Positions 24,055 to 34,338 of a stretch of 62,583 nucleotides of DNA are shown here, in pieces. The stretch covers positions 1 to 62,583 of the forward strand of contig CAZZKF010000004.1 of the NCBI GenBank assembly GCA_964654995.1. Direction: 5' to 3'. The notes beneath the pieces were generated by a model. The model saw only the letters and a list, made by a program, of their open reading frames with translations. It did not search any database and was not told the origin of the DNA. The translations under genes and the position numbers were made by a program. The first letter of the stretch is position 1. Every line of letters starts with the position of its first letter. The stretch is from an uncultured Alphaproteobacteria bacterium. Its GTDB lineage: Bacteria > Pseudomonadota > Alphaproteobacteria > CAZZKF01.

Positions 24055-25101
24055 ATGACTCAAGACCGGAGGCAGGCAGGGACGGCGGGCCCGGCGCGGC
24101 GCGGCTGCAAGGGCGGGCCGTGGCGCCGGCGCAATCGTCCGGTCTACGGCGCCGTCGATCTCGGCTCCAACAATTGCCGGCTTTTGATCGCGATTCCGTG
24201 CCGCGACCGGCCCAAGATCATCGATGCCTTTTCCCGAATCGTCCGCCTCGGCGAAGGCGTCGGCGAGACCAGCGCACTGTCGCCGGCGGCGATGGACCGG
24301 GCGATTACGGCGCTGCAGATCTGCCGCAGCAAGATGGCCCGGCGCGGGGTTCAGCGCATGCGCTGTATCGCCACCGCCGCCTGCCGCGAGGCCGACAACG
24401 CTGCGGCCTTCGTTGCCCGCGTGCGGGGCGAGACCGGCCTTGACCTCGAAATCATCGATCCGGAGGAAGAAGCCCGCCTGGCGGTCGCCAGTTGCCGCGA
24501 GCTGCTCGACCTCGAGGCCGGCGAGGCGGTGGTCTTCGATATCGGCGGCGGCAGCACCGAAATCATCCGGGTGCGGGCCGATGTCTGCGGCGAGCCCGAA
24601 GTCGTGTGGTGGAGCTCCTTGCCGTTCGGGGTGATCACGCTGTCCGAGCGCTTCGCCCACGATCGCATGAGCCCGGACGACTTCGAGGCCATGATCGGCG
24701 AGGCCCGGCGCCTGATGGTGCCGGTGCGCGAAAACGACGGTTTTGACGCAAACGGTGGTGATCTGCGGTTTCTCGGCACCTCGGGGACGATCACCACCAT
24801 TGCCGGCGTGCACTTGGGCCTCGCGCGTTACAACCGCAGCCGGGTCGACGGCCTGACCCTGAGCGCCCCGGAGATCGACGCGGTGACCGACCGGCTGGCC
24901 GCCATGACCTGTGCCGAACGGGCCGCCGAGCCGTGCATCGGGCCGGAGCGCGCCGACATGGTGCTGGCCGGCTGTGCGATTCTGGAAGCAATGAAACGGC
25001 TGTGGGACTTTTCGCAGCTGCGGGTCGCCGACCGGGGCCTGCGTGAGGGCATTCTTCTCGACCTGATGCAGGCCGACGGCCGCCTGCGCCGGGCGAGCTA
25101 G
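24055..25101 (+). CDS. ppx: Ppx/GppA family phosphatase (short form)
   Basis: AVDLGSNNCRLLI, ATAACREA, EEEARL, DIGGGSTE, DRGLREG; ATG 24055 chosen because the longer ORF overlaps the tRNA. Confidence 0.88.
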   Translation: MTQDRRQAGTAGPARRGCKGGPWRRRNRPVYGAVDLGSNNCRLLIAIPCRDRPKIIDAFSRIVRLGEGVGETSALSPAAMDRAITALQICRSKMARRGVQRMRCIATAACREADNAAAFVARVRGETGLDLEIIDPEEEARLAVASCRELLDLEAGEAVVFDIGGGSTEIIRVRADVCGEPEVVWWSSLPFGVITLSERFAHDRMSPDDFEAMIGEARRLMVPVRENDGFDANGGDLRFLGTSGTITTIAGVHLGLARYNRSRVDGLTLSAPEIDAVTDRLAAMTCAERAAEPCIGPERADMVLAGCAILEAMKRLWDFSQLRVADRGLREGILLDLMQADGRLRRAS

Positions 25102-25107
25102 GCTTCG

Positions 25108-27382
<2,275 letters not shown>

Positions 27383-27427
27383 CTTGGCCGAGACACCGGG
27401 TGGCGGGGCCCGGATGCGGCCCGCGCC

Positions 27428-28753
27428 GTGACCCCCGGCGCCCGCCTGCAGGCGGTTCTCGATATCCTCGATCAGATTTTGGGGACCGGCGAAGCGGGCG
27501 CGCCGGCCGCCGATCGCGCCATCGCCGATTATTTCCGCAGCCGGCGTTATGCCGGCGCCAAGGACCGGGCGGCGATCGCCGATCGGCTCTATCGGATCGT
27601 GCGCGGGCGCGGGGCATTGGTCTGGCGGCTGCAGCAGGCGGGCGAGGCGAGCGCGACCCCGCGCGCCCTGCTCCTCGCCGATCTGGCGACGGGCGGGAAG
27701 GGGGATGACGAGATCGCCGCCCTGTTTTCCGGCACCGGCTATGCCCCGGCGCCTTTGAGTACGGAGGAGCGCCGGCTGCTCGCCCGGTTGCTCGCAACCC
27801 CGCCCGCACCGCCGCCGGACTGGGCGCGGCTCAATTACCGCGAAGAGCTGGACGCCATGCTCAAGCGCCGCTTTGCCGGGCGCTTCGAGGAAGAGATGGC
27901 GGCGCTGGCGAACCGCGCGCCCCTGGATGTGCGGGTCAATGCGCTCAAGACCACGCACGAGGCGGTGATCGCCCGCCTGACCCGCGAGGCCGGCATCGAG
28001 GCCCATCCGACGCCGTTGGCGCCCTTTGCCCTGCGGCTGCCGGCGGGCACGGCGGTCCGTCGCACCCCGGCCTGGCGGCGCGGGATGATCGAGGTGCAGG
28101 ACGTTGGCGCGCAGGTCGCCGCCCGCCTCGTCGATGCCCGGCCCGGCCAGCAGGTGGTCGACTTCGCCGCCGGTGCCGGCGGCAAGACCCTGGCGCTCGC
28201 CGCCGACATGAACAACACGGGCCAGATCTACGCGCTCGATCGCAGTCGCGCGCGGCTGGCTCCGATTCGCGCCCGCCTCGAGCGCGCCGGCGTGCGCAAC
28301 ACCCAGATCGGTGTGGTGGATGACAAGACTCTGCGCCAGCTTGAAGGCCGCATGGACCGGGTGCTGGTGGACGCACCGTGCTCGGGCTCGGGCACCTGGC
28401 GGCGCACTCCCGATCTGCGCTGGCGCTACGGCGCTGACGACATTGCCGGGCTGGCCGCCCGCCAAAGGGCGTTGCTTGATGAGGCGGCGCGGCTGGTGGC
28501 GCCCGGCGGCCGGCTGATCTATGTGACGTGCTCCCTGTTCGCCGAGGAAAATGAAGACGTGATCGGCGCTTTTCTTGCGCACCGACCGGAGTTTGCGCCG
28601 CTTCCCTTTGCCCGGGTCTGGCCCGAGGTGCTGACCGGCGAGCCGCCGGAGACCGCCGCACTCACCCCGGAATCCCTGCAGCTCACGCCGGCGCGCCACG
28701 GCTGCGACGGCTTTTTCATTGCCATCCTTGCGCGCCGTGAGGCGGACGGGTAG
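27428..28753 (+). CDS. RsmB/NOP family RNA m5C methyltransferase
   Basis: [34 protein letters not shown] motifs. Confidence 0.92.
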   Translation: MTPGARLQAVLDILDQILGTGEAGAPAADRAIADYFRSRRYAGAKDRAAIADRLYRIVRGRGALVWRLQQAGEASATPRALLLADLATGGKGDDEIAALFSGTGYAPAPLSTEERRLLARLLATPPAPPPDWARLNYREELDAMLKRRFAGRFEEEMAALANRAPLDVRVNALKTTHEAVIARLTREAGIEAHPTPLAPFALRLPAGTAVRRTPAWRRGMIEVQDVGAQVAARLVDARPGQQVVDFAAGAGGKTLALAADMNNTGQIYALDRSRARLAPIRARLERAGVRNTQIGVVDDKTLRQLEGRMDRVLVDAPCSGSGTWRRTPDLRWRYGADDIAGLAARQRALLDEAARLVAPGGRLIYVTCSLFAEENEDVIGAFLAHRPEFAPLPFARVWPEVLTGEPPETAALTPESLQLTPARHGCDGFFIAILARREADG

Positions 28754-28763
28754 GTTGCCGGCC

Positions 28764-30311
28764 ATGACGGAACGCGTGCTCATCGTCGATTTCGGATCGC
28801 AGGTCACCCAGTTGATTGCGCGCCGGGTGCGCGAATGCGGGGTCTATTCGGAAATCGTGCCGTATAACCGGGTCGACGAGGTGCTCGACGCCTTCGCCCC
28901 GCGCGCGGTGATCCTCTCGGGCGGGCCGGCCTCGGTGATCGATGCCGGCACGCCGCGGGCCCCTGAGCGCCTGTTCGAGCTCGGCATTCCGGTCCTCGGC
29001 ATCTGCTATGGCCAGCAGGTTTTGTGTGCGCAACTCGGCGGCACGGTGGAAAAGGCCGAATTTCGCGAGTTCGGCCGCGCCTTTCTGGACGTGACCGAAC
29101 ATTGCGCCCTGTTCGACGGCGTCTGGGAGCCGGGCCGCCGCGTCCAGGTGTGGATGAGCCACGGCGATACGGTGACCGCGATTCCACAAGGCTTCCGCGT
29201 CGTCGGGGTGAGTGAGAACGCACCCTTCGCCGCCATTGCCGACGATGAACGCCGGTTCTACGGTCTGCAGTTTCACCCCGAGGTGGTGCATACCCCCGAT
29301 GGCGCCAAACTGCTGGCCAATTTCGTCCGCCGCGTCGCCGGCTGCAAGGGCGACTGGAGCATGGCCGCCTTTCGCGACACCAAGATCGCCGAAATTCGCC
29401 GCCAGGTGGGCAAGGGCCGGGTGATCTGCGGGCTCTCGGGCGGGGTCGATTCGGCGGTGGTGGCGATGCTCCTCCACGAAGCGATCGGCGAGCAGCTCAC
29501 CTGCGTCTTTGTCGATACCGGCCTGTTGCGGGCCGGCGAGGCCGATCAGGTGGTCACCGTCTTTCGTGACCATTACAACATCGCGCTGGTCCATCACGAC
29601 GCCTCGGATCTGTTTCTGGCCAAGCTCGCGGGCGTGCGCGACCCGGAGGAGAAACGCAAGATCATCGGCGCCACCTTCATCGATGTCTTCGAGCGCGAGG
29701 CCAAAGAGGCCGGCGGCGCCGATTTCCTCGCCCAGGGCACGCTTTATCCGGATGTCATCGAATCGGTGTCCTTCGATGGCGGGCCCAGCGTCACCATCAA
29801 ATCGCACCACAACGTCGGCGGCCTGCCGGAGCGCATGAACATGGCGCTGATCGAGCCCTTGCGCGAGCTGTTCAAGGACGAGGTGCGGGTTTTGGGGCGC
29901 GAGCTGGGCCTGCCCGAAGCCATGGTCGGCCGCCATCCGTTTCCTGGCCCCGGCCTGGCCATCCGCATCCCCGGCGAGGTGACGCGCGACAAGCTCGATA
30001 TTCTGCGCCAGGCCGACCGCATCTATCTCGAGGAAATCCGCAACCACGGCCTTTACGACGCGATCTGGCAGGCGTTTGCCGTCCTGCTGCCGGTGCGCAC
30101 GGTGGGCGTCATGGGCGACGAGCGCACCTATGACTATGTCTGCGCCCTGCGCGCGGTGACCTCTTCCGACGGCATGACCGCCGACTCCTTCGCCTTCGAC
30201 CATGAATTCCTGTCCGGCGTGGCGACCCGCATCATCAACGAGGTGCGAGGCATCAACCGGGTGGTCTATGACGTGACCTCAAAGCCGCCCGGAACCATAG
30301 AGTGGGAATAA
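28764..30311 (+). CDS. guaA: GMP synthase (glutamine-hydrolysing)
   Basis: [40 protein letters not shown]-terminus; ATG 28764. Confidence 0.99.
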   Translation: MTERVLIVDFGSQVTQLIARRVRECGVYSEIVPYNRVDEVLDAFAPRAVILSGGPASVIDAGTPRAPERLFELGIPVLGICYGQQVLCAQLGGTVEKAEFREFGRAFLDVTEHCALFDGVWEPGRRVQVWMSHGDTVTAIPQGFRVVGVSENAPFAAIADDERRFYGLQFHPEVVHTPDGAKLLANFVRRVAGCKGDWSMAAFRDTKIAEIRRQVGKGRVICGLSGGVDSAVVAMLLHEAIGEQLTCVFVDTGLLRAGEADQVVTVFRDHYNIALVHHDASDLFLAKLAGVRDPEEKRKIIGATFIDVFEREAKEAGGADFLAQGTLYPDVIESVSFDGGPSVTIKSHHNVGGLPERMNMALIEPLRELFKDEVRVLGRELGLPEAMVGRHPFPGPGLAIRIPGEVTRDKLDILRQADRIYLEEIRNHGLYDAIWQAFAVLLPVRTVGVMGDERTYDYVCALRAVTSSDGMTADSFAFDHEFLSGVATRIINEVRGINRVVYDVTSKPPGTIEWE

Positions 30312-30361
30312 AATCAGATTGTTACGTCATGATTATGATGTGATGCCTTTATTGCATTTGT

Positions 30362-30405
30362 GGGGTCGGAGCCGTTGTTGCGACAGCTCGTCGAGGTTCT
30401 GACGC
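30362..30405. repeat. Inverted pair of short motif copies forming a hairpin (GGGGTCGGAGCC ... GGTTCTGACGC)
   Basis: GTCGGAGCC (30365-30373) pairs with GGTTCTGAC (30395-30403) with two G-T wobbles; same motif as 31253-31264 and 32584-32592. Confidence 0.55.
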
Positions 30406-31238
30406 ATGCTGACGACTGTTCTGCTCCTGTCATTTGTTCTGGTCGGATCAACTCTTTTTGCCTTGCGCCTTTATGATCATCGGGCGGATTGCGCGGCCAT
30501 GAAGCGGCTTGCGTCCATGCAGCCGGCACGGCCCGCGTGCTTTGATCCCGAGATGATCGCCGACCTGCCGGAGCTCGCCCGTCGGTATTTTCTCTATACG
30601 ATAGAACCAGGCACACCACTCTATACGGTGGCCAACATCACCATGGCGGGACGGTTTGGGATGGGGACAAAAAACAAGCCCGGCTATCTTGATATGACGG
30701 CGACGCAGACCCTGGCCCTGCCTGCGGGATTTGTCTGGAAAATGCGCGCCCGACGCGGCCTGATAACTCTATCGGGCTCGGACAGTGAACGCTGGACACG
30801 GTTCTGACTGGTCGGGCTGCTACCTGTGGCGCGTATGGGTGGAGACCAGGATCATGCCCGCTCGGCATTCGGACGCTATGTGGCCGAGGCCCTGTTCTGG
30901 ACCCCCGCCGCAGTTTTGCCCGGTTCCGGTGTGAGTTGGGAGGGGTTGGGGGAAAATTGCGCCAGACTCACCGTCAGGCATCAGGGGGCGTCGCGGTCCG
31001 TCGATGTCACAGTGGCGCCGGACGGTCAGCCCACTCAGGTCAGCTTTGAGCGATGGAGCAATGCCAATCCCGAAAGCAGTACCGGCTGCAGTCTTTCGGG
31101 GGTTTTCTCTCCGAGTTTCGATGCTTCGACGGCTTCCATTTGCCCACACATGTGGAAGCGGGCGACCATTTTGGCACAGAGCTCTATTTTCCATTTTTCG
31201 TGGCGAATGTGACAGATGTCGAATTTCCCCACGATTGA
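30406..31238 (+). pseudogene. DUF6544-like membrane-anchored protein pseudogene
   Basis: Same frame continues across in-frame TGA 30805-30807 (WTRF*LVGLLPVAR); 1-nt frameshift at the A-run 31073-31075 (NANPE|KQYRLQSFGG) leads to the natural end YFPFFVANV at 31238; family call from recalled motif similarity. Confidence 0.8.
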
Positions 31239-31250
31239 ATCGAAATGTTG

Positions 31251-31267
31251 AGGGCTCTGACCCCTTT
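31251..31267 (+). repeat. Motif copy AGGGCTCTGACCCCTTT (imperfect palindrome)
   Basis: TCTGACCCCTTT 31256-31267 identical to 32584-32595; GGCTCTGACCCC matches the reverse complement of 30362-30373 at 11/12. Confidence 0.7.
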
Positions 31268-31338
31268 ACGAGCGTCGCGTAATCCGCCGAATGCCTGTAT
31301 CGGGATACATCCGGCGCAATACGCTTCGCTACTACGCC
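31266..31338. repeat. REP-doublet (REPIN-like) hairpin overlapping the PEP-CTERM stop codon
   Basis: GCGTAATCCGCCG (31277-31289) and CGGCGCAATACGCTTCGCTACTACGCC (31312-31338, GCGAAGC core on minus strand) flank the palindrome TGTATC-GG-GATACA. Confidence 0.55.
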
Positions 31339-32069
31339 GGATGCGGGCTCAATCTTCGGCCCGAACACCTTCTCGATCTGCGCCGCCGGCGCATCATCAG
31401 GTCGAGACCGGCGAGACCAGCCCCGAACAGGGTGAGGCTGGCAGGCTCGGGAATTGCGTTTCCCACATCTCCCGCATCCCTGGTTTCCAGGATGACGTTG
31501 TCGAGGATGAGGCCGACGAAGTCGAAACCGGCATGGCTGAAGGTCAGCTTGTCACCGCCACCGCCAATCGTCAGATTTCGTGTAATCGTTTCGAACGGCG
31601 CGTCAAAAGCCTTCGTGAAGGATTCGTTGAGGTCGCCGAGCGTCACCGTGACCTCATCGTTAAGAGAAGCCCCGCGCTGGTTACCCGATAAATCGAAGCG
31701 CAGGGTATATGCGCCGGCAGCAAATGTCGTCTTGCTCACCAGGTCGCCTGCGCTGATAGATGTCCCGGCGAGATCGACGCACCGGCCGGCGCCCCCCACG
31801 CAATCAATGCTGAAGTCCCCCGACTGGATCAGGTCGACCGCGCCGTTAAGCACGTCCCAGTTGGTAAAGGCGTTGAAGTTCAGCACCGTACCGCTGCCCT
31901 CCGTGTCGAAGTTGTCCGACAGGACGACGACGGCGGAGGCGTTCCCCGCCAACAGTACGCCGCCGGCAACGAGGGTGGCCAGCAATGGCATTTGCGCACT
32001 ACCTAACATCCGCCTCAAACCCAGTCCCGCGAGGGCTGCGGCGGTGGCAGTGATGCGATGAAACAGCAT
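31332..32069 (-). CDS. PEP-CTERM sorting-domain surface protein
   Basis: Signal peptide ending GNASA, beta-rich Ser/Thr/Gly/Asp body, C-terminal IPEPASLTLFGAGLAGL followed by RRRRR; ATG 32069 is 6 nt from AAGGAG. Confidence 0.9.
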   Translation of the reverse strand: MLFHRITATAAALAGLGLRRMLGSAQMPLLATLVAGGVLLAGNASAVVVLSDNFDTEGSGTVLNFNAFTNWDVLNGAVDLIQSGDFSIDCVGGAGRCVDLAGTSISAGDLVSKTTFAAGAYTLRFDLSGNQRGASLNDEVTVTLGDLNESFTKAFDAPFETITRNLTIGGGGDKLTFSHAGFDFVGLILDNVILETRDAGDVGNAIPEPASLTLFGAGLAGLDLMMRRRRRSRRCSGRRLSPHPA

Positions 32070-32111
32070 GTTCATCTCCTTAGTTAGCTATCCGAACTCA
32101 ACCATCCAAAC

Positions 32112-32126
32112 GCAACCCGAATGCAA
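32112..32126 (-). promoter_or_regulatory. Degenerate proximal sigma54-like promoter TTGCAT-TCGGG-TTGC (invariant -24 GG reads TG)
   Basis: Matches TGGCAC-N5-TTGC except at the first G of -24 and the C; -12 element lies about 43 nt upstream of the PEP-CTERM ATG. Confidence 0.35.
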
Positions 32127-32220
32127 CGCTACAAACGCCGCGCCTTTCCTCGCGACCGGTGCGTCACGCGTCGAACTCCCTTCCGGTTGCCGACAGGCGC
32201 ACCTAAGTGACGGCGAGACA

Positions 32221-32236
32221 AGCAAGAATTATACCG
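32221..32236 (-). promoter_or_regulatory. Putative sigma54 promoter CGGTATAATTCTTGCT (GG-N10-GC)
   Basis: Exact GG-N10-GC spacing with TTGCT -12; lies between PEP-CTERM gene and enhancer array. Confidence 0.5.
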
Positions 32237-32255
32237 CCATCCCGGTATTCTTTAA

Positions 32256-32268
32256 TTTCAACAACTTA
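32256..32268 (+). promoter_or_regulatory. IHF-like site TTTCAACAACTTA
   Basis: One mismatch to WATCAANNNNTTR, in an AT tract between the sigma54 site and the first enhancer. Confidence 0.45.
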
Positions 32269-32298
32269 AAAGTGGCGCAATTGGGTGGTGCGCGCGCG

Positions 32299-32562
32299 AC
32301 TGTCAAGAAATCCGACGCTCAAACCGCCGCCACCGCTCCGACGCGGCGCCGTCGAACGTAAAACATAAAGCCTGTCAGTGCCTTACGATTACGCACGAGG
32401 CGGCTCCGCGGAAATGCCGAACTGTCAAGAAATCCGACACTCAAACCGCCGCCACCGCTCCGACGCGGCCCCGTCGAACGTAAAACATAAAGCCTGGCAG
32501 TGGCTTACGATTGCGCACGAGGCGGCTCCGCAGAAAATAGAGAACTGTAAAGAAATCCGACA
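32299..32562. repeat. Tandem repeat, 122/123-bp unit, two full copies plus a partial third, each starting with a TGT-N11-ACA type enhancer
   Basis: TGTCAAGAAATCCGACG 32301-32317, TGTCAAGAAATCCGACA 32423-32439, TGTAAAGAAATCCGACA 32546-32562; units 1 and 2 differ at 5 of the first 111 nt. Confidence 0.92.
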
Positions 32563-32577
32563 CCTGGCGTCGATATA

Positions 32578-32595
32578 AAGGATTCTGACCCCTTT
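32578..32595 (+). repeat. Motif copy AAGGATTCTGACCCCTTT at the right islet boundary
   Basis: 12-nt identity with 31256-31267; panB promoter-like TTGACG follows at 32615. Confidence 0.7.
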
Positions 32596-32682
32596 TATGG
32601 GCGGTGCGGAGTGCTTGACGAATCGGGCCGGCCATGGGCATGGTGAGGCGGTATCCACTCCAGACAGCAGGACCATGCAATC

Positions 32683-33543
32683 ATGTCGGTACAACGCCCC
32701 GCGAAGCGCATGACGATCCCCCGGATTCGGGCCCGCAAGGGCGGCGATCCGGTGGTCTGCCTGACCGCCTACACGACGCCGATGGCGGAGATCCTCGACG
32801 AGCATGTCGATCTGCTGCTGGTCGGCGATTCAGTGGGCATGGTGTTGCACGGTCTGCCCAGTACGCTCGGTGTGACGCTGGAGATGATGGCGATGCACGG
32901 CGCCGCGGTGGTGCGCGGCGCGCGCCATGCCTGCGTGATCATCGACATGCCGTTCGGCAGCTATGAGGAAAGCCCGCAGATCGCCTATCGCAATGCTGCC
33001 CGCCTGATGCGTGAGACCGGCTGCGCCGGCGTCAAGCTGGAAGGCGGCCAGGCGATGGCCGAGACCATCGCGTTTCTCACCGCCCGCGGCATTCCGGTGA
33101 TGGCCCATATCGGCCTGCAGCCGCAGTCGGTTAATGTCACCGGCGGCTACAAGGCGCAGGGCCGCGCCCGGGCCGAATGGGACCGCTTTCTGGCCGATGC
33201 CCGGGCGGTCGACGAGGCCGGCGCCTTTGCCACCGTGATCGAGGCGGTGGCCGAACCCCTGGCCGCGGCGATCACCAAGGAAGTGAAGAACGTGACCATC
33301 GGCATCGGCGCCTCGGCCGCCTGTGACGGCCAGATTCTGGTGACCGAGGACCTGCTCGGCCTGTTCGAGCGCAGCCCCAAGTTCGTCAAGCGCTATGCCG
33401 ACATGCGGGCGCTGATCGCCAAGGCGGCGCGAGGCTATGCCGAGGACGTGCGGGCGCGTACGTTCCCCGGGCCCGATCACGTCTATGCGCCGGAAGACGA
33501 GAGCGCCGGGGCGATCCCGCTCTATCCCCGGGCCGGGGTCTGA
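32683..33543 (+). CDS. panB: 3-methyl-2-oxobutanoate hydroxymethyltransferase
   Basis: [43 protein letters not shown]. Confidence 0.98.
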   Translation: MSVQRPAKRMTIPRIRARKGGDPVVCLTAYTTPMAEILDEHVDLLLVGDSVGMVLHGLPSTLGVTLEMMAMHGAAVVRGARHACVIIDMPFGSYEESPQIAYRNAARLMRETGCAGVKLEGGQAMAETIAFLTARGIPVMAHIGLQPQSVNVTGGYKAQGRARAEWDRFLADARAVDEAGAFATVIEAVAEPLAAAITKEVKNVTIGIGASAACDGQILVTEDLLGLFERSPKFVKRYADMRALIAKAARGYAEDVRARTFPGPDHVYAPEDESAGAIPLYPRAGV

Positions 33544-33653
33544 GGCGGCCGCGGACAGCTGTTCGAACATAACCCGCAAGGCCCCGGCAGAACGGTTCCA
33601 TAAGTCCGGGATATGATCTATCTTACCGCCCGACGTCACCCCCGGAGGCTCCG

Positions 33654-34334
33654 TTGAGCGACATATTTCACGAGATTCAGGAAGAAGTCCGCCAGGAACG
33701 CTACGCCCGGCTGTGGAAGACCTATGGCAAATACGTGATCGTCCTGGCGATCCTGCTGGTCGTGGCGACCGCGGCCTGGCAGGGCTGGAAGGCCTACGAC
33801 AAGCAGCGCCAGGAATCCGCGGCGGCCGAGTATTTCGCGGCTCTCGATCTGCTTGAGGACGGCCAGACCGAGGTTGCCATCGATGCCTTCCTGCGCCTCG
33901 GCGAGCGCCTCCATGACGGCTACGGTGCGCTGGCGCGCCTGCGTGCGGCGGCCGCCCAGACCGCGGCCAGTCACCGCGATGAGGCGGTCAAGATCTACGA
34001 CGCACTGGCGGCGGATTCCCGGGCCTCAAGACCGTTTCGCAAGCTGGCGGCGCTCTATGCCGTGATCACGCTGATGGATACCGCCAGTCTGGACGAATTG
34101 AAACTGCGGCTGCAGCCGCTGCTCGACGACGACAACCCCTGGGTCTATTCCGCCCGCGAGATCAAAGGCCTGATTGCAGTGCGGGCTGGCGATTCGGAAA
34201 CGGCCCGGAAGATTTTCACCGATCTGGTGAACGATCCCAGGGCGCCCGACGGCCTGCGCAATCGGGTCGGACAGATCCTGGTGGCGTTGGGCCCGGGTGC
34301 CGGCCAGGCGCCGACGCCGGCCCCGAAGGAGTAG
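33654..34334 (+). CDS. YfgM-like TPR membrane protein
   Basis: SDIFHEIQEEVRQER start typical of the alphaproteobacterial family, single TM, TPR helices; first gene of the bamB-der cluster; TTG start. Confidence 0.82.
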   Translation: MSDIFHEIQEEVRQERYARLWKTYGKYVIVLAILLVVATAAWQGWKAYDKQRQESAAAEYFAALDLLEDGQTEVAIDAFLRLGERLHDGYGALARLRAAAAQTAASHRDEAVKIYDALAADSRASRPFRKLAALYAVITLMDTASLDELKLRLQPLLDDDNPWVYSAREIKGLIAVRAGDSETARKIFTDLVNDPRAPDGLRNRVGQILVALGPGAGQAPTPAPKE

Positions 34335-34338
34335 AGCC

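Larger units (their letters stand above)
30312..32597. mobile_element. Small accessory islet at guaA 3' end, no integrase; degenerate or non-autonomous
   Basis: Abrupt AT-rich junction (20 G+C in 30301-30360), atypical codon usage, pseudogene, REP-like motifs and a PEP-CTERM gene between guaA and panB; boundaries approximate. Confidence 0.55.

Noticed and set aside
30805-30807. In-frame TGA as selenocysteine or programmed readthrough
   Set aside because: Context fits a Trp codon mutated by one base, a second frameshift lesion follows, and no SECIS-like hairpin was evident
31291-32061. Plus-strand 256-aa ORF over the PEP-CTERM gene
   Set aside because: Antisense shadow rich in Ser/Arg/Pro with no RBS or motif; the minus-strand frame has signal peptide, RBS and sorting signal
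32299-32562. Tandem repeat as a CRISPR array
   Set aside because: Whole 122-bp units are near-identical with no unique spacers, there are fewer than three full units, and no cas genes are present
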